Positions 1-12,704 of a stretch of DNA of 64,000 nucleotides are shown one piece after another. The notes beneath the pieces were generated by a model. The model was given only the letters and a program-made list of their open reading frames with translations, searched no databases and was not told the origin of the DNA. The DNA comes from Tubiluchus corallicola (lineage: Eukaryota; Animalia; Priapulida), in NCBI GenBank assembly GCA_030141605.1, contig JAQGDQ010000274.1, forward strand, positions 244,677-308,676, in the 5' to 3' direction. The translations under genes and the position numbers were made by a program. Numbering within the stretch: position 1 is the first letter of the stretch; each line of letters opens with the position of its first letter.

Positions 1-2
1 TA

Positions 3-3000
3 CTGCACATGTCTAATGATTTCTTCCTCAGCCTCCATTAGTTCCTTCAAAGAAAGGGCAGCGTGCTTTGACATAGTACGGACCCTCTTAAGTACTTTGT
101 CTCTCAACAATCGTTTCAGACGTAGGAGATAAGCTACACATCTTTTTAGCCGATGCAGATTTGAATAATGCTCACACAACATGTCGATGACATTATCATC
201 CTTTTCTACTGCTTTAGACGTGTAGACCACCATAGGACTTTTCTTAATTTCAGAATCATCTGAGACATCTTTGCCTTTGATACTATCACCGATCTTTGGC
301 CATTGCTCTCGCTTGCCTTTCAGAAATGTGGGGCCATTTATCCACCTGCTTTCCTTCACCAGATCTAATGCTGCAATTCCCATTGTTGCATCATCTGCTG
401 GATTGTCTGCTCCTGGTAGGTGATGCCATTGTTGTGGTGAAGTTAGTTCCTGAATGACAGCCAAACGATTGGCAACAAAGGTTTTATACCTTGCAACTTC
501 ATTATTCAAGTAGCCTAATACTATTGAGCTGTCCGTCCAGAATATGGATTCATCAATGTGCATGTTAAATTCCTGTCGTAACATGTGATCTACTCTAGCT
601 GATAGCATGGCTGCAGAAAGCTCCAGTCTGGGAATTGTCATACCCCTCATAGGTGCCAAGCGTGATTTGTCCAAGATGAAGGAGACATGTACTTTTCCAT
701 CGTTGTTCTCGAATCGCACGTAGGACACTGTTCCAAAGGCAACTTCTGATGCATCACTAAAATGATGCAATTGAGTGTTATTTACGGTCCCAAAATGCTC
801 TGGTTTCAAGCAACGAGCTACCTTCATGTTTTCCAGTGTCATAAGCTCTTCTTGCCAAACTTTCCATTTTCTGGCAGTGTGCTCTTCCAGGGGTTCATCC
901 CATGCCTTTCTTAGGCGGGTTTCTTCCTGGAACATAAGCTTGGCACGTAGAACAAAAGGAGAAATTATGCCTGCAGGATCATAAACTGATGACACCACAC
1001 TTAGTAGGCCACGGCGAGTCAATGGTTTTTGTCTTTGGTTTACATGGATTTTGAACTGATCAATTTCCATGTCCCAGAAAATTCCTAAGGCCCTTTCTAC
1101 TGGCAAAGTATGTGCTTCTAGATCCAGATTCTTAACACCTTTGCCCCGCTCCTCTTCTGGGATGGACTCAAGGACACTTCTACTGTTGCTGCACCACTTA
1201 GTTAAACGAAAGCCACCTCGAGCCAATAGATCAGTCAGTTTTTGACGCATGTGCTTGGCTTTCTCTTCATTTACAGTTGAGGTTAGGCAATCGTCAACAT
1301 AGAAGTCTTTCAGCAGTGTCTGAATTATGTTTTCATCATACAAATGTCGGTTATGCTTTGCAATGCTTTGGAGTGCAAAGGCTGCAACATTTGGACACCA
1401 TATTCCACCGAATGTGTGAACAGTCATTCTGTAGACCTTTTGTTCCGTGTTTAAACAACCATTTTCCCACCATAAAAATCTAAGGACATCGCGATCCTCT
1501 GCAGGCACCTTCACTTGGTGAAACATGCATTCAATATCAGCCATCAAAGCTATTTGGTTTTCTCTAAATCTAAGCAAAACACCGATCAGTTTATTTGTTA
1601 AAACAGGACCCTGCATAACGTTCCTATTTAGAGTAGTACCTGCGAATTGAACTGCACAATTAAAGACGATTCTCGTTTTATCTGGTTTGTTTGTATTTCT
1701 GACTGCAAAATGGGGCAAATACCATATCTTTCCAGGTCTTCCATTAACACCTTTGGCATTTATTTCCTCAGCATAACCCTTATTCAGCATATTTGAGATT
1801 TCTGCAGTATACTTCTCTAGCAATGCATTGTCCCTTTGTAACTTGTTCTTGAGCCCCTGCAGCATAGACTGTACCACAGGTAAATTGTTTGGAAGCTCAG
1901 GATTCTCACTTCGGAATGGTATGGGCAATTGATAGTGATTATCCTCAGTTAGGGTTACTGAATCCTCCCACAATTTGATCACCTTGACATCTTCTTTGGA
2001 ATAATGATTTTCGTCTTCACACATTTCCATCTGCCAAAACTGGGCGACAATGCTGTCAAGATCTGCAGTGGCTTGGACATAGTTACTGATGATTGCTTTG
2101 CTGCTTGTGTACCCTATTGGCCCATTAAGAGCCCACCCTAGTATAGTCCTGGATGCCCAAGGAGCTCCTCGTGGCCCTGTTCTGACCTCTAATGGAATCA
2201 TCGCGATAGGCACATCCTGACCAATCAAAAGCCCCACTTCAGGTTCTCCAAAACCGCCAGAGGTCAATGGTATGTCCTGCAAGTGTGGCCATTTTTTTAG
2301 GTCTTTCAATTCTGGCAGAGTTTCTCCCTTTAATCTTAGCGAAGGTCTGGTGTACACTTCAGGAAGCGTTATGCATTCATCTTTTTCCATGCTCATCACT
2401 TGCAAACTCACCACCTTGGCTGTAAATTCGCTATTTTCCCTTTCCAAAGTAGTCAGTGATAAGGCAACATCCTTTCCATCTACGCCCAATTTAGCGGCTA
2501 GCTCCTCAGTGCAAAATGTATTTGTGCTACCTGAATCCAAGAAAGCCAGAGTCTCGAGTGGCATTCTTTGTTTTTGAGATTGTACAAGAACCTTTACAAC
2601 GGGTAAAATAATCCTTTTGCGCACTGTATATCTTTCAACATAACCATTTTGGACAGAACACTTGCTGCTAGCTTCTCTCATATCGCTATCTTCATCATCC
2701 TGCCTGCCTTGCTTAAATTTACTCAGGTGTAAGAAAGTGGAATGGCTTCTTTGACAGACATTGCATCTTTTGCTCATACGACACTCATAGCTGCTATGAT
2801 TGGGCTTTAAACATTTAAAGCAAAGTCTCTTCTCTCTGGCTAGCTCCAGTCTTTCTTCAGGCTTCATGGCATTAAAGTCTGCACATTCAGTTATAAAGTG
2901 TTCACCAGTGCAAATGCTACACGTAGATCTCTTCGATTCGCCTGCTATTTTAGATAAAAAACTTGTTTGGTAACTTGCTTTAGCATCCTTTCTTGTTGTG

Positions 3001-4250
3001 AGTTTCTGGGTTTCCTTTCTTTCTCGGTCGATATATCCTAAATTCCCAAAAACTGGATCATTTGCCTCTAAAGCTGCTGTTTCCACAAAATGAACTACAT
3101 CATCAATCGTTGGACTCCTTTCTTGGCTCATTCTAATTTTATATGCCTCTGTCTTCCACCTTGTTTGGAGATAAATTGGGAGTTTCTCAAGTATACACAA
3201 AAGATTTGTTTGGTTATTTATTTCTTCTCTTTTGTTAATACTGGCCAGTATTCCTTGAGCCATTCTCAAGTCATCTGCAAAATGCATTAATTCTTCTCGG
3301 CCCTTAACAGCCTTCGTTTCTCTAATCTGTGTTAGCCAAGATTCAACTATGTTGTAAGAATTCCCAAACCGCTCATAAAGCATCTTCTTCGCCTTTGCGT
3401 AGGCCTCATTAGGAGGCATGAGCAAGCAGCTTTCCACCACCTTTCTTGCTCTTCCTGTACAATAATGTAGTAAGCGCAGAAGATTGGCATGACTATCTAC
3501 AGAAACTCTCTCTACTGCATGTTCAAAAGTCTTCATAAACAGATGAAACTTTAATGGGTCTCCATCAAAATACATCATCTCCACCTTAGGCAAGCTTGCA
3601 CTTTCAGAATTTATTTGCCGACTTATTTCTCCTGTGTGTGTTTTGTTTCCTTCGCTGTGAGCATGACATACATCGTCACATCTATTGTCACAACCACAAC
3701 ATCGTGTTGAGATTGGTGCACTTCCTTGAGATGAATGATTTGGCTGTCTCACTGCTTCTTCACACATTTCAACCCACCGCTTTGTCTCATCCCTTTTATA
3801 TGCAAGCAAAGATGGGAGTTCCTTCTTTTCTTCTTCTTCTACTTTCTCATCGACTTCAAACTTGGCGAGCACCCTTTCTTCAGCTTCCAGCATTTTAATT
3901 TCAGCTTGTTCTTCCAATTCGCTCATTTTCATTTGATACAATCGCTGCTCCTTTTCTGCCTTTGCTCTTCTCTGATATTCACAAAGCTCAAGGTTTCTCA
4001 TCTTTTCCATGATGGATGCCTTTGCTTGTAAAGCGGCTCTTTTTGCTGCTACCATGGCCCGTGCACTGGCAACACTGCTTACGCTTTTATAGCTGAGCCT
4101 TCCGCTACTCCCAGCAATAGAATGGTTGTCTTTACTATGTGACTGGTCGTGTTCATCCTGGATGGGTTTTAGACAAGAATTTATTTTTGCGTGCATTTCA
4201 TTAACGTTTCCCATGACAAACTCATCCCTCTCGCATGCTAGCAATCTCAT
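3..4250 (-). CDS. BEL/Pao retrotransposon gag-pol polyprotein (gag, Zn knuckles, aspartic protease, RT, RNase H); open to the left window edge
   Basis: Spot translation of the minus strand shows LPKVEMMYFDGDP (gag), CFKCLKPNH..C..RCNVCQRSHSTFLH (Zn knuckles), AFLDSGS (protease), WYLPHFAV, ADIECMFHQV and FYVDDCL (RT), and LHHFSDAS, IPRLELSAA, WTDS and NPADDAT (Pao-type RNase H region). The ATG at 4250, the gag motif and YVDD share one frame. Confidence 0.95.
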   Translation of the reverse strand, partial: MRLLACERDEFVMGNVNEMHAKINSCLKPIQDEHDQSHSKDNHSIAGSSGRLSYKSVSSVASARAMVAAKRAALQAKASIMEKMRNLELCEYQRRAKAEKEQRLYQMKMSELEEQAEIKMLEAEERVLAKFEVDEKVEEEEKKELPSLLAYKRDETKRWVEMCEEAVRQPNHSSQGSAPISTRCCGCDNRCDDVCHAHSEGNKTHTGEISRQINSESASLPKVEMMYFDGDPLKFHLFMKTFEHAVERVSVDSHANLLRLLHYCTGRARKVVESCLLMPPNEAYAKAKKMLYERFGNSYNIVESWLTQIRETKAVKGREELMHFADDLRMAQGILASINKREEINNQTNLLCILEKLPIYLQTRWKTEAYKIRMSQERSPTIDDVVHFVETAALEANDPVFGNLGYIDRERKETQKLTTRKDAKASYQTSFLSKIAGESKRSTCSICTGEHFITECADFNAMKPEERLELAREKRLCFKCLKPNHSSYECRMSKRCNVCQRSHSTFLHLSKFKQGRQDDEDSDMREASSKCSVQNGYVERYTVRKRIILPVVKVLVQSQKQRMPLETLAFLDSGSTNTFCTEELAAKLGVDGKDVALSLTTLERENSEFTAKVVSLQVMSMEKDECITLPEVYTRPSLRLKGETLPELKDLKKWPHLQDIPLTSGGFGEPEVGLLIGQDVPIAMIPLEVRTGPRGAPWASRTILGWALNGPIGYTSSKAIISNYVQATADLDSIVAQFWQMEMCEDENHYSKEDVKVIKLWEDSVTLTEDNHYQLPIPFRSENPELPNNLPVVQSMLQGLKNKLQRDNALLEKYTAEISNMLNKGYAEEINAKGVNGRPGKIWYLPHFAVRNTNKPDKTRIVFNCAVQFAGTTLNRNVMQGPVLTNKLIGVLLRFRENQIALMADIECMFHQVKVPAEDRDVLRFLWWENGCLNTEQKVYRMTVHTFGGIWCPNVAAFALQSIAKHNRHLYDENIIQTLLKDFYVDDCLTSTVNEEKAKHMRQKLTDLLARGGFRLTKWCSNSRSVLESIPEEERGKGVKNLDLEAHTLPVERALGIFWDMEIDQFKIHVNQRQKPLTRRGLLSVVSSVYDPAGIISPFVLRAKLMFQEETRLRKAWDEPLEEHTARKWKVWQEELMTLENMKVARCLKPEHFGTVNNTQLHHFSDASEVAFGTVSYVRFENNDGKVHVSFILDKSRLAPMRGMTIPRLELSAAMLSARVDHMLRQEFNMHIDESIFWTDSSIVLGYLNNEVARYKTFVANRLAVIQELTSPQQWHHLPGADNPADDATMGIAALDLVKESRWINGPTFLKGKREQWPKIGDSIKGKDVSDDSEIKKSPMVVYTSKAVEKDDNVIDMLCEHYSNLHRLKRCVAYLLRLKRLLRDKVLKRVRTMSKHAALSLKELMEAEEEIIRHVQ

Positions 4251-5663
4251 GGGGGGTTCCATTACATTCCCTAACAGCTGCGTAACAATCTTCAAAGGAA
4301 TTTTTGTAGTCTGTAATGATATTTTCTAATTCAGCTTGCTTTAAAAGGAGCTCATCTTGCTCCCATTGTTGTAGGTTGTTCATATTTTTTATCTTAATTT
4401 ATCTTTTTTGTTAATCGACCCTGCTGTGTACTCAGTCTTCTTTTGTATTCTTGTAAAGATGCTGTGAAATCGTCACCCCCCCCCTAATGTTTGCTTCTTT
4501 TCGCATTGTTCAACAGACTTTTGGAAGCCAATTGCCTCGGCTGGAAGATCAGCTTTTGGCTTGAAGAAATCCTTTTCCATATTTTGTCTGTTGAAGTTGT
4601 GCACTTAAAACCTGCTCGTTCTCCTTTGTTACCAAGCAACATTTCACATAAGCTACACGATACACACTACATAAGCATTAAAATTACTATCCTAATGTAC
4701 TTGAATGTATATGTATCAGTGTGTGCCTATAGTTACTATTTGTACTTCACCAAAGTTATCAAACTGTCATTAAATACCCGGAGTGCACGTGCCGGTAAAC
4801 ATACAAACATACAGACGGCGTGTATCAGCAAACCTATGGCAAAAATATGTAGACAAGAACTTCCACAGATCTCAAGCTTTAACCTAAATCGTGGCTTGGT
4901 ATAGCAGCAGTTCACACATCACGTATTAATGTTATATCGATTAAAAAGAAGCGTGATAATTAAGTTAAACACCATATTGCAAATTAATTCAACATTCAAC
5001 CATGCTTTATGTTGAGCTTTCACACTCCTAGGGATAATGCTTGATTAAGCATTGTAGATTATGTTGGGTGACTTAGTAGATTTTCAAATTTTTTAAGCAG
5101 GTACAGCACGGTGTAAATTTTGTCAAAATGAGCAGTCGATTCAGCGTTGTTCACTGAAAACATTTGACACAACGCAAACATTGCATAATATCATATTTTC
5201 TAACTTCAATAAACTGTACACAATGAGTGCCATATCTTTAATTTGCTTCGATTAGATCAGCTGATGCACGGCAGCGTGGGAGTTTACTACTTGGCTGGAT
5301 TCCAGCAGGTCTGTTTACATTCGCCGTATCTGTTGCGGTTCATGTTACTAGTTCCCAGGGCTCCTTAGTTGAAGCTGTATATCATTGGAAGACAATCGCG
5401 TGCGCTGTAGCTCGATGAAGGTTCACTGGGAGTCAGGTTCGCCCAGAGTACGTTTCTTCCTGACCTCTGCAAGGTCGCCTGCGTCACAGGCTTGTGTTCG
5501 ATATTGATTGGTTGCTCGCTGTACGGCATTCACTACATTTACTACGTCGCACCGGTGTGTAAGATGCTGATTGGCTGTTCGTCTGGACAGTGAAGCAGGT
5601 TACTAGGACTGCCTGTAAAATGTTGCTGGAAGAGTAATTTTCAAGGCTTAGACAGCTTTTTAC

Positions 5664-6251
5664 TGACGATTATTGTCTTTTCAGGCAATGATCTATTGTC
5701 CAAAATTATGGCACCAGGTTCTCTGGTATCTGGCCTCCTCGTCGACTATAATACTGTTTCTCGTAACACTGGCATAACAAATAGATTTATTCGCAAATAA
5801 TGATAGAATATTGAAGTGTACTACAGCCATGGTGGAAGAGCCGATAATAAACTGTTGTGAACAGAAAGCCTTCACTATTTGATTCATGCTCCAAAGTCGT
5901 TTATTCTAAACAGAATAATAAAAAGAACATTAACAAGTAAGAAAATGAATAAAATGATAAACTGAAGCTCAGTAATTACAAAGAAGTCAACTTATTGGCA
6001 AAGTACTTTCTCAAACTTGAGAGATTGAATTCACAACTTAATTAAATTACTTAAATTGATGTAACTCACATCGTTGGCTCTTCGTCAAGATTTAAAATTT
6101 CTCAAGGTACAAAATTCGGTTATGACTAAACGATGTTATTAAATGTAACACAATAACGACAAAAACATTGCTGTGATCAAAAAACACGACCACCATTGTT
6201 CCCCTCCTGTCCTTTCCTCCTCACTCGTAGAGGGCAGCACCTTCCAATACA
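5664..6251 (-). repeat. Candidate 5' LTR of the BEL element
   Basis: TG...CA bounded segment (minus strand starts TGTATTGGAAGGTGCTGCCCTC) upstream of the leader. The second LTR is outside the window, so the boundaries are unverified. Confidence 0.4.
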
Positions 6252-7239
6252 TAGGTGTCGTTATGCATATTGCCGTTACAGATGTCATGTTTCTAAAGCA
6301 GGACAAATGTATAATTGCTGCATTTTTGGACTATCAATAAATAATAATAATAACTAATCGCTATGATACCTTTGTTTACAGAAGGACTATTTAGATTTCT
6401 GGGATGTTTTTGTTTACGTACATTTACAAATTATCATTATCTTATTAATGTACTAGAGTTATAGAGAACTAATGAACAATAGGCAAACGGTCATTAGTGC
6501 GCGAACATTCGACGTTGTGTTTTTTATATATGCGTTTACGGTTGTCACAAAAACCAAATTTTCGCGAAAATTTATAATAAGTATTGTTTGCCTCTCTATA
6601 AGTAAATGTGAGGGTTATCCAAGTTCATCTCGAGTTGGTATTGATGTTTTCATTTGTGCGTAATGCCTGTGTTTGCCGTATTTGTTTTTTGGAAATAATC
6701 TACTATAGCTTTTGAAAGACCTACTGCGTTTTACATATTAAGTAGTGGTTTATGTGCGAGTCTTCAAAATAACTAATATGAAAAGATGAAACCAAACCTT
6801 AAAATCAACGTTGACACAGTCTGTAGTCAGTGGCTGATCAAAACTTGTCATACATTTACATCACATCAACAAATTAAAACTCACAGCACACAAAAAACTC
6901 AACTCACCAACACAAAACATTAACAAAGCATCCTATTTCAATTTCATACATCTAGCATTTTACAAAAAAACTAATTTGTAAATTTTGAAAATGTGTTAAA
7001 TCTTCCGAACTGTGTGATAGAAATGTAAAGTCTTTTGTACTTATGTACTTTATTACAACCTCACTTGTGTTTTTAATTGTAAATTCGTTTTTAACACTCT
7101 TACACACAGCAGTGGAAACACTGTTTATACCACCAATTTTTGAATGTGAAATCTATCGTTCAATGATGTGTAATGTTAATAGCAATCAAGAATTTTATTA
7201 TTACTGTTATATAGCATCCGAATGCGTTATCTGCTATTT

Positions 7240-8037
7240 GGCGTTTACGTAGCATGCGGATGCGGATGCGGACGCGTTTTGGGGGTGCGGAAGAGATAAA
7301 ACCGGTTTATATTGTTTTCAAAATATTATATTGTTGTTTATCCTGTTTATCAAACGTGCGCATGCGTACGGTGGCTATTTCCAATTGATTTTATTCCGCA
7401 GGTGGAAACGCATACTTTGTTTTATTTCTTGTTTTATTTCGTAATCTTCAGAATACAATACACGAGTGACAAGGCAGTTGAAAACTGAAATAAAATATTA
7501 AAGAACTACTACAGAAAGAGTGCAAATTAAAACAAAGTGATGATAATAATTTAAGTAGAAGATCACGGTAAAAACACAAAGAACTAAAATAGCTGCTTAC
7601 AAGTGTCTGTTAAAAAGTAAAAATTTTCTAAAATTGAGATGACATGGCCGTTTTTTAAATAATTTTCTGTTGCCAGCATTTACAGTTGGAACATCATTCA
7701 CATATGATGGCAGTTTATTCCATAAACTTACAACTCTGTTGCTGAAGAAATGTTTAAAGCAATTAAGTGAGCTTTTTATCACTTGTAATTTCAATTGGTG
7801 GCCCCTTGTAATATTTGCAAGTGGTGCAAAGTTAAAAAAAGATTCACTTGAGATTGATATGTCTTACTATGCTATAGCACACGATATGTATGCCATGATA
7901 TGCTACGATTTATGCTGTAGCACATAGACAGATCAACATAAATGCGTCTTTATTCAAGGGGTTCCAATCTGAGTTTTGATAATGAGTATGACGCCGAGTT
8001 TAATTTAAATTTCGCATCCGGATGCCAAGTAAACGCC
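7240..8037. mobile_element. MITE-like element with GGCGTTTAC...GCGGATGCG terminal inverted repeats, interrupted by a LINE fragment
   Basis: Left end ggcgtttacgtagcatgcggatgcg and right end cgcatccggatgccaagtaaacgcc. A shorter uninterrupted relative lies at about 58006-58203. Confidence 0.55.
7590..7850 (-). mobile_element. CR1-type LINE 3' ORF2 fragment
   Basis: Translation TRGHQLKLQ...HFFSNRVVSLWNKLP is a typical CR1/L2-group C-terminal motif. Confidence 0.75.
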
Positions 8038-8739
8038 TCTTTAATGCTCAAAATAGTTTCCTGAATTACTCGTCTCGCTTGTAACTATACAGTCACTCGT
8101 TTGAAATGACCATAATTCTTTTTACAAAGAAATCTACCCGGGTCTTTGATGTTTCTGATGGCGCCTTTGATGTTTTCAACACACGATTATTATTTCAACA
8201 CACGTGATAATTATTTTTTCTCATTTTGTATTTTCAACACTGAATAGAATTTGCCCAAATTGGTTTCGCGATTCAAACGCGTGAAACACGATCCTGCTCT
8301 TTCCAGAGCGTGAAACGAACGGAAATCCTGTTTTAGTATAAGAGTGGGCGAAAATCAAGATGAATATAAAATTAATGAGATACATTCCACTTCATGCTCT
8401 CTTGCTTCAGCACTTTAACAATACGCAGGCGTTATTACTTTATCAGTGAACCGTACTTTGGTAATCAGTCAAAATTTTCGATCTCATATTTAATTAAAGT
8501 TTCCCTTGAATGCTTTCAGGAATTCTGTGAACGTAATTAAGGAAAGAATTCTTTCTCTATGCAGGGTGGGATCTTTTGGGGGGCCCAGTGCTAATGAAAT
8601 TATGGAGCCCTTTCAGACGGAGCCAGTCTCTAGTTTTCTCGCGCTCGTCTCGAATATTTTTTACTCGTGATATATTTCAGCAACATTTCCATAGCTGGGG
8701 CTATATTTCAAATAAAGAGCTTCAAAGAGGGGCCCTTGT

Positions 8740-10725
8740 CTCAAATAAAAGGCCTCAAACAAGGGTTCTTTGTCTGAAATAAAATGCCTCAAACAAGGGT
8801 CCTTTGTCTGAAATAAAATGACTCAAACAAGGGTTCTTTGTGTCAAATAAATTACCTCAAACAAGGGTCCTTTGTCTCAAATAAAATGCCCCAGAGAAGG
8901 GTCCTTTGTCTCAAATGCCTCAAACAAGGGTGCTCTCTCTCAAATAAAATGCCTCAAAACAAGGGTTCTTTGTCTCAAATATAATGCCTCAAACAAGGGT
9001 GCTGCGTCTCAAATAAAATACCTCAAACAAGGATGCTTTGTCTCATTTAAAATGCCTCAAACAAGGGTGCTTTGTCTCAAATAAAATGCCTCAAACAAAG
9101 GTGCTTTGTCTCAAGTAAAATGATTCAAACAAGGGTTCTGTGTCTCAAATAAAATGTCTCAAACAAGGGTCCTTTGTCTCAAATAAAATGCCTCAGACAA
9201 GGGTCCTTTGTCTGAAATAAAATGATTCAAACACGGGTTCTTTGTCTCAAATAAATTACCTCAAACAAGGGTCCTTTGTCTCAAATAAAATGCCCCAGAC
9301 AAGGGTCCTTTGTCTCAAATGCCTCAAACAAGGGTGCTCTCTCTCTCAAATAAAATGCCTCAAAACAAGGGTTCTTTGTCTCAAATATAATGCCTCAAAC
9401 AAGGGTGCTGCGTCTCAAATAAAATACCTCAAACAAGGATGCTTTGTCTCATTTAAAATGCCTCAAACAAGGGTGCTTTGTCTCAAATAAAATGCCACAA
9501 ACAAAGGTGCTTTGTCTCAAGTAAAATGATTCAAACAAGGGTTCTGTGTCTCAAATAAAATGTCTCAAACAAGGGTCCTTTGTCTCAAATAAAATGCCTC
9601 AGACAAGGGTCCTTTGTCTCAAATAAAATGCCTCAAACAAGGGTCCTTTGTCTCAAATAAAATGCCCCAGACAAGGGTCCTTTGTCTCAAATGCCTCAAA
9701 CAAGGGTGCTCTCTCTCAAATAAAATGCCTCAAAACAAGGGTTCTTTGTCTCAAATATAATGCCTCAAACAAGGGTGCTGCCTCTCAAATAAAATACCTC
9801 AAACAAGGATGCTTTGTCTCATTTAAAATGCCTCAAACAAGGGTGCTTTGTCTCAAATAAAATGCCTCAAAACAAGGGTTCTTTGTCTCAAATATAATGC
9901 CTCAAGCAAGGGTGCTGCGTCTCAAATAAATACCTCAAACAAGGATGCTTTGCCTCATTTAAAATGCCTCAAACAAGGGTGCTTTGTCTCAAATAAAATG
10001 CCACAAACAAAGGTGCTTTGTCTCAAGTAAAATGATTCAAACAAGGGTTCTGTGTCTCAAATAAAATGTTTCAAACAAGGGTCCTTTGTCTCAAATAAAA
10101 TACCTCAGACAAGGGTCCTTTGTCTGAAATAAAATGATTCAAACACGGGTTCTTTGTCTCAAATAAATTACCTCAAACAATGGTCCTTTGTCTCAAACAA
10201 AATGCCCCAGACAAGGGTGCTGCGTCTCAAATAAAATACCTCAAACAAGAGTCCTTTGTCTGAAATAAAATACCTCAAACAAGGGTGCTTTGTCTCAAGT
10301 AAAATTATTCAAACAAGGGTTTTGTGTCTCAAATAAAATGTCTCAAACAAGGGTGCTCTCTCTCAAATAAAATGCCTCAAACAAAGGTGCTTTGTCTCAA
10401 GTAAAATGCCTCAAACAAGGGTGCTTTGTCTCAAACAAAATGCCTCAAACAAGAGTGCTTTGTCTCAAATAAAATGATTAAAACAAGGGTGCTTTGTCTC
10501 AAATAAATTACCTCAAACAAGGCTGCTTTGTCTCATTTAAAATGCCTCAAACAAAAATTCTTTGTCTCAAATAAAATGCCTCAAACAAGGGTCCTCTGTC
10601 TCAAATAAAATGATTCAAACAAGGGTGCTTTGTCTCAAATAAAATGATTCAAACGAGGGTTCTTTGTCTCAAATAAAATGATTCAAAAAAGGGTGCTTTG
10701 TCTCAAATAAAATGCCTCAGACAGG
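8740..10725. repeat. Satellite of ~31-bp units (aaacaagggtcctttgtctcaaataaaatgcctc-like), ~60 copies, with higher-order blocks of ~370-410 bp
   Basis: Direct tandem array. The same unit occurs in only 2-3 copies inside dispersed elements at ~24700-25070 and ~42800-43182. Confidence 0.95.
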
Positions 10726-10960
10726 AATAAACAGACCAGTAAAAAATTGATACAGTAATTTTTTACTGGTCTGGTTATTCATGACCTATTTGGCTTCTTT
10801 TAACTACTTACATAATGGTCTCTGCCTATATAAGCTAGTTGTATGTTTGCAAATTTACCACTGACGATGACAGTAGCAGCTGGTCGAAACGTTTGACATG
10901 ATTTTAACATTTTAATGTAAAAGCGTTGATAAAGTTGAGCTGTTTTTAGAATAAATGTTT
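10726..10960 (+). mobile_element. Penelope-like dispersed repeat with hammerhead-like core (copy 1)
   Basis: CTGACGATGAC...GTCGAAACG followed by AATAAA-like tail. Homologous to 29665-30060, 62950-63165 and 20215-20310 (minus). Confidence 0.55.
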
Positions 10961-11484
10961 TTACTTGCCTGTAATTTTAAAAAATGAATTGAATTATTTA
11001 TTTTTACTGTTGCTGAATATTGCACATATTATAATGATGTGTGTGAAGCAAAGAGTTCCTTCCTTTAAACACAAAACGTAAACGTCAATCAGAGATATTG
11101 TTGTGACTTGACCTCTTTTGAAAACCATTATATCCCCTCATAACGTTGTAGAAGAAGTGATTCATAGCTAGCATTCTCATTCGATTGAAGCCCGGTTTTA
11201 TTGCCATTACACGTACAAAGCGATTAGTTTTTACTTAGATGTCTGTAATGTCTTCTGCTTAGAATCACTCTTATAAATAATTCTTTTCATTTCGTTCGAC
11301 TAATTATATTTTGTTCGGCTGGAGCAGGACAGCACAGTTTAATACAGTTTAATACAGTTTATGTAAAACTGTGAACTTCTCAAATGATATCCTGCTAGCA
11401 TGCTCACCAAGTCTATGTGAAAGAAAAAACGGACCCAATCTTAAACTATATCTAAAACAATCCACCATGAATCAATACAACAGA

Positions 11485-12095
11485 ATGCTAGGCCTAATTT
11501 ACTGAAGGTAATGTTAAAAATTGTAGGCCTAGTTTACTGAAGGTAATGTTTTAAACAGTAGACCTAATTTATTAAAAGTAATGTTGAAATAGAAGGCCTA
11601 GTTTAAAGGTAATGTTAAAAATAGTAGGTTTAATTTATGTAAGGTAATGTAAAAAAATAGTAGGCTTAGTTTACTGAAGGTAATGTTAAAAATTGTAGGC
11701 CTAATTTGCAGAAGGTAATGTTTAAAATTGTAGGCCTAATTTACTGAAGGTAATGTTAAAAATTGTAGGCCTAATTTACTGAAAGTAATGTTGAAAATTG
11801 TAGGCCTAGTTTACTGAAGGTAATTTTAAAAATGGTAGGTCAAGTATATTGATGGTAATGTTAAAAATAGTAGGCCTAGTTTAGTGGAGGTAATGTTAAA
11901 AATGGTAGAGGCCTAGGTTGCTGAAGGTAATGTTAAAATTAGTAGGCCTAATTTATTGAAGGCAATGTTAGAAACATAGGTCTAGTTTACTGGAAACATA
12001 GGTCTAGTTTACTGAAGATAATGTTATAAATAGTAGGCCTAGTTTACTGAAGGAAATGTTGAAAATAGTAAGCCTAGTTTATTGAAGATAATGTG
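11485..12095. repeat. 35-bp minisatellite (taggcctaatttactgaaggtaatgttaaaaattg), ~17 copies
   Basis: Direct tandem array. Confidence 0.9.
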
Positions 12096-12704
12096 TTTGC
12101 CAAACGTGGCTTCATTGATTCGAATGTTGAAACACTTTGAGCAGCCTCCATTGAGCTGTCAACGTTGATGGTGTTGATGTTCACACTACAGCTGCTACTG
12201 GACGAAGGAGCTTCCAATAAGTATCACTTATGCATAATTTGAATAAACACATAGATCGTGACTCTCCGACCGACGAAGCAGAATAATTGTACATTATCAC
12301 ATTGCTGTTTCTCACAGCAAACACGAGTCCCACTTGACCTTGTTACAAGCCAATTACTATTGACCAGACATTGTTATAACCTCTAGAGTACAAGCGGAAT
12401 CTACTCAGCACTTCCGGAAATGCTCTACTTTATTGGGTTGGCGTCAACGGCTCACCACGTGACGTCAGTTTGATCAGATTATCCCGAGTTTAATAGAGTT
12501 TCAAGTCGTTCAGATCAGTTTAGCCATTAGTGTAATACTGGAAAAATGACGAGTACATTAGGACGCTGTTACCGGATATTAGCTGGTTGCTTTTAACCTT
12601 TTTTCTTCCAAGTTTCTTATCAAGAAGGAAGCTTAGTGTAATATTTCTAGCACTAATTGTACAAAGTAATTAGCCTGCAATGTTGTCATTTAACTTTGTT
12701 TTGT

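Larger units (their letters stand above)
1..6251 (-). mobile_element. BEL/Pao LTR retrotransposon (5' portion, truncated by the window)
   Basis: Gag-pol ORF, a frameshifted gag N-terminus starting at ATG 4580, about 1 kb of leader and a candidate LTR. Confidence 0.88.

Noticed and set aside
775-4904. Plus-strand ORFs over the retrotransposon
   Set aside because: They are antisense shadows of the BEL gag-pol ORF.
12410-12600. Dscam promoter or first exon near CACGTGACGTCA
   Set aside because: The nearby ATG closes after 16 codons, and no signal-peptide exon with a phase-1 donor was found.
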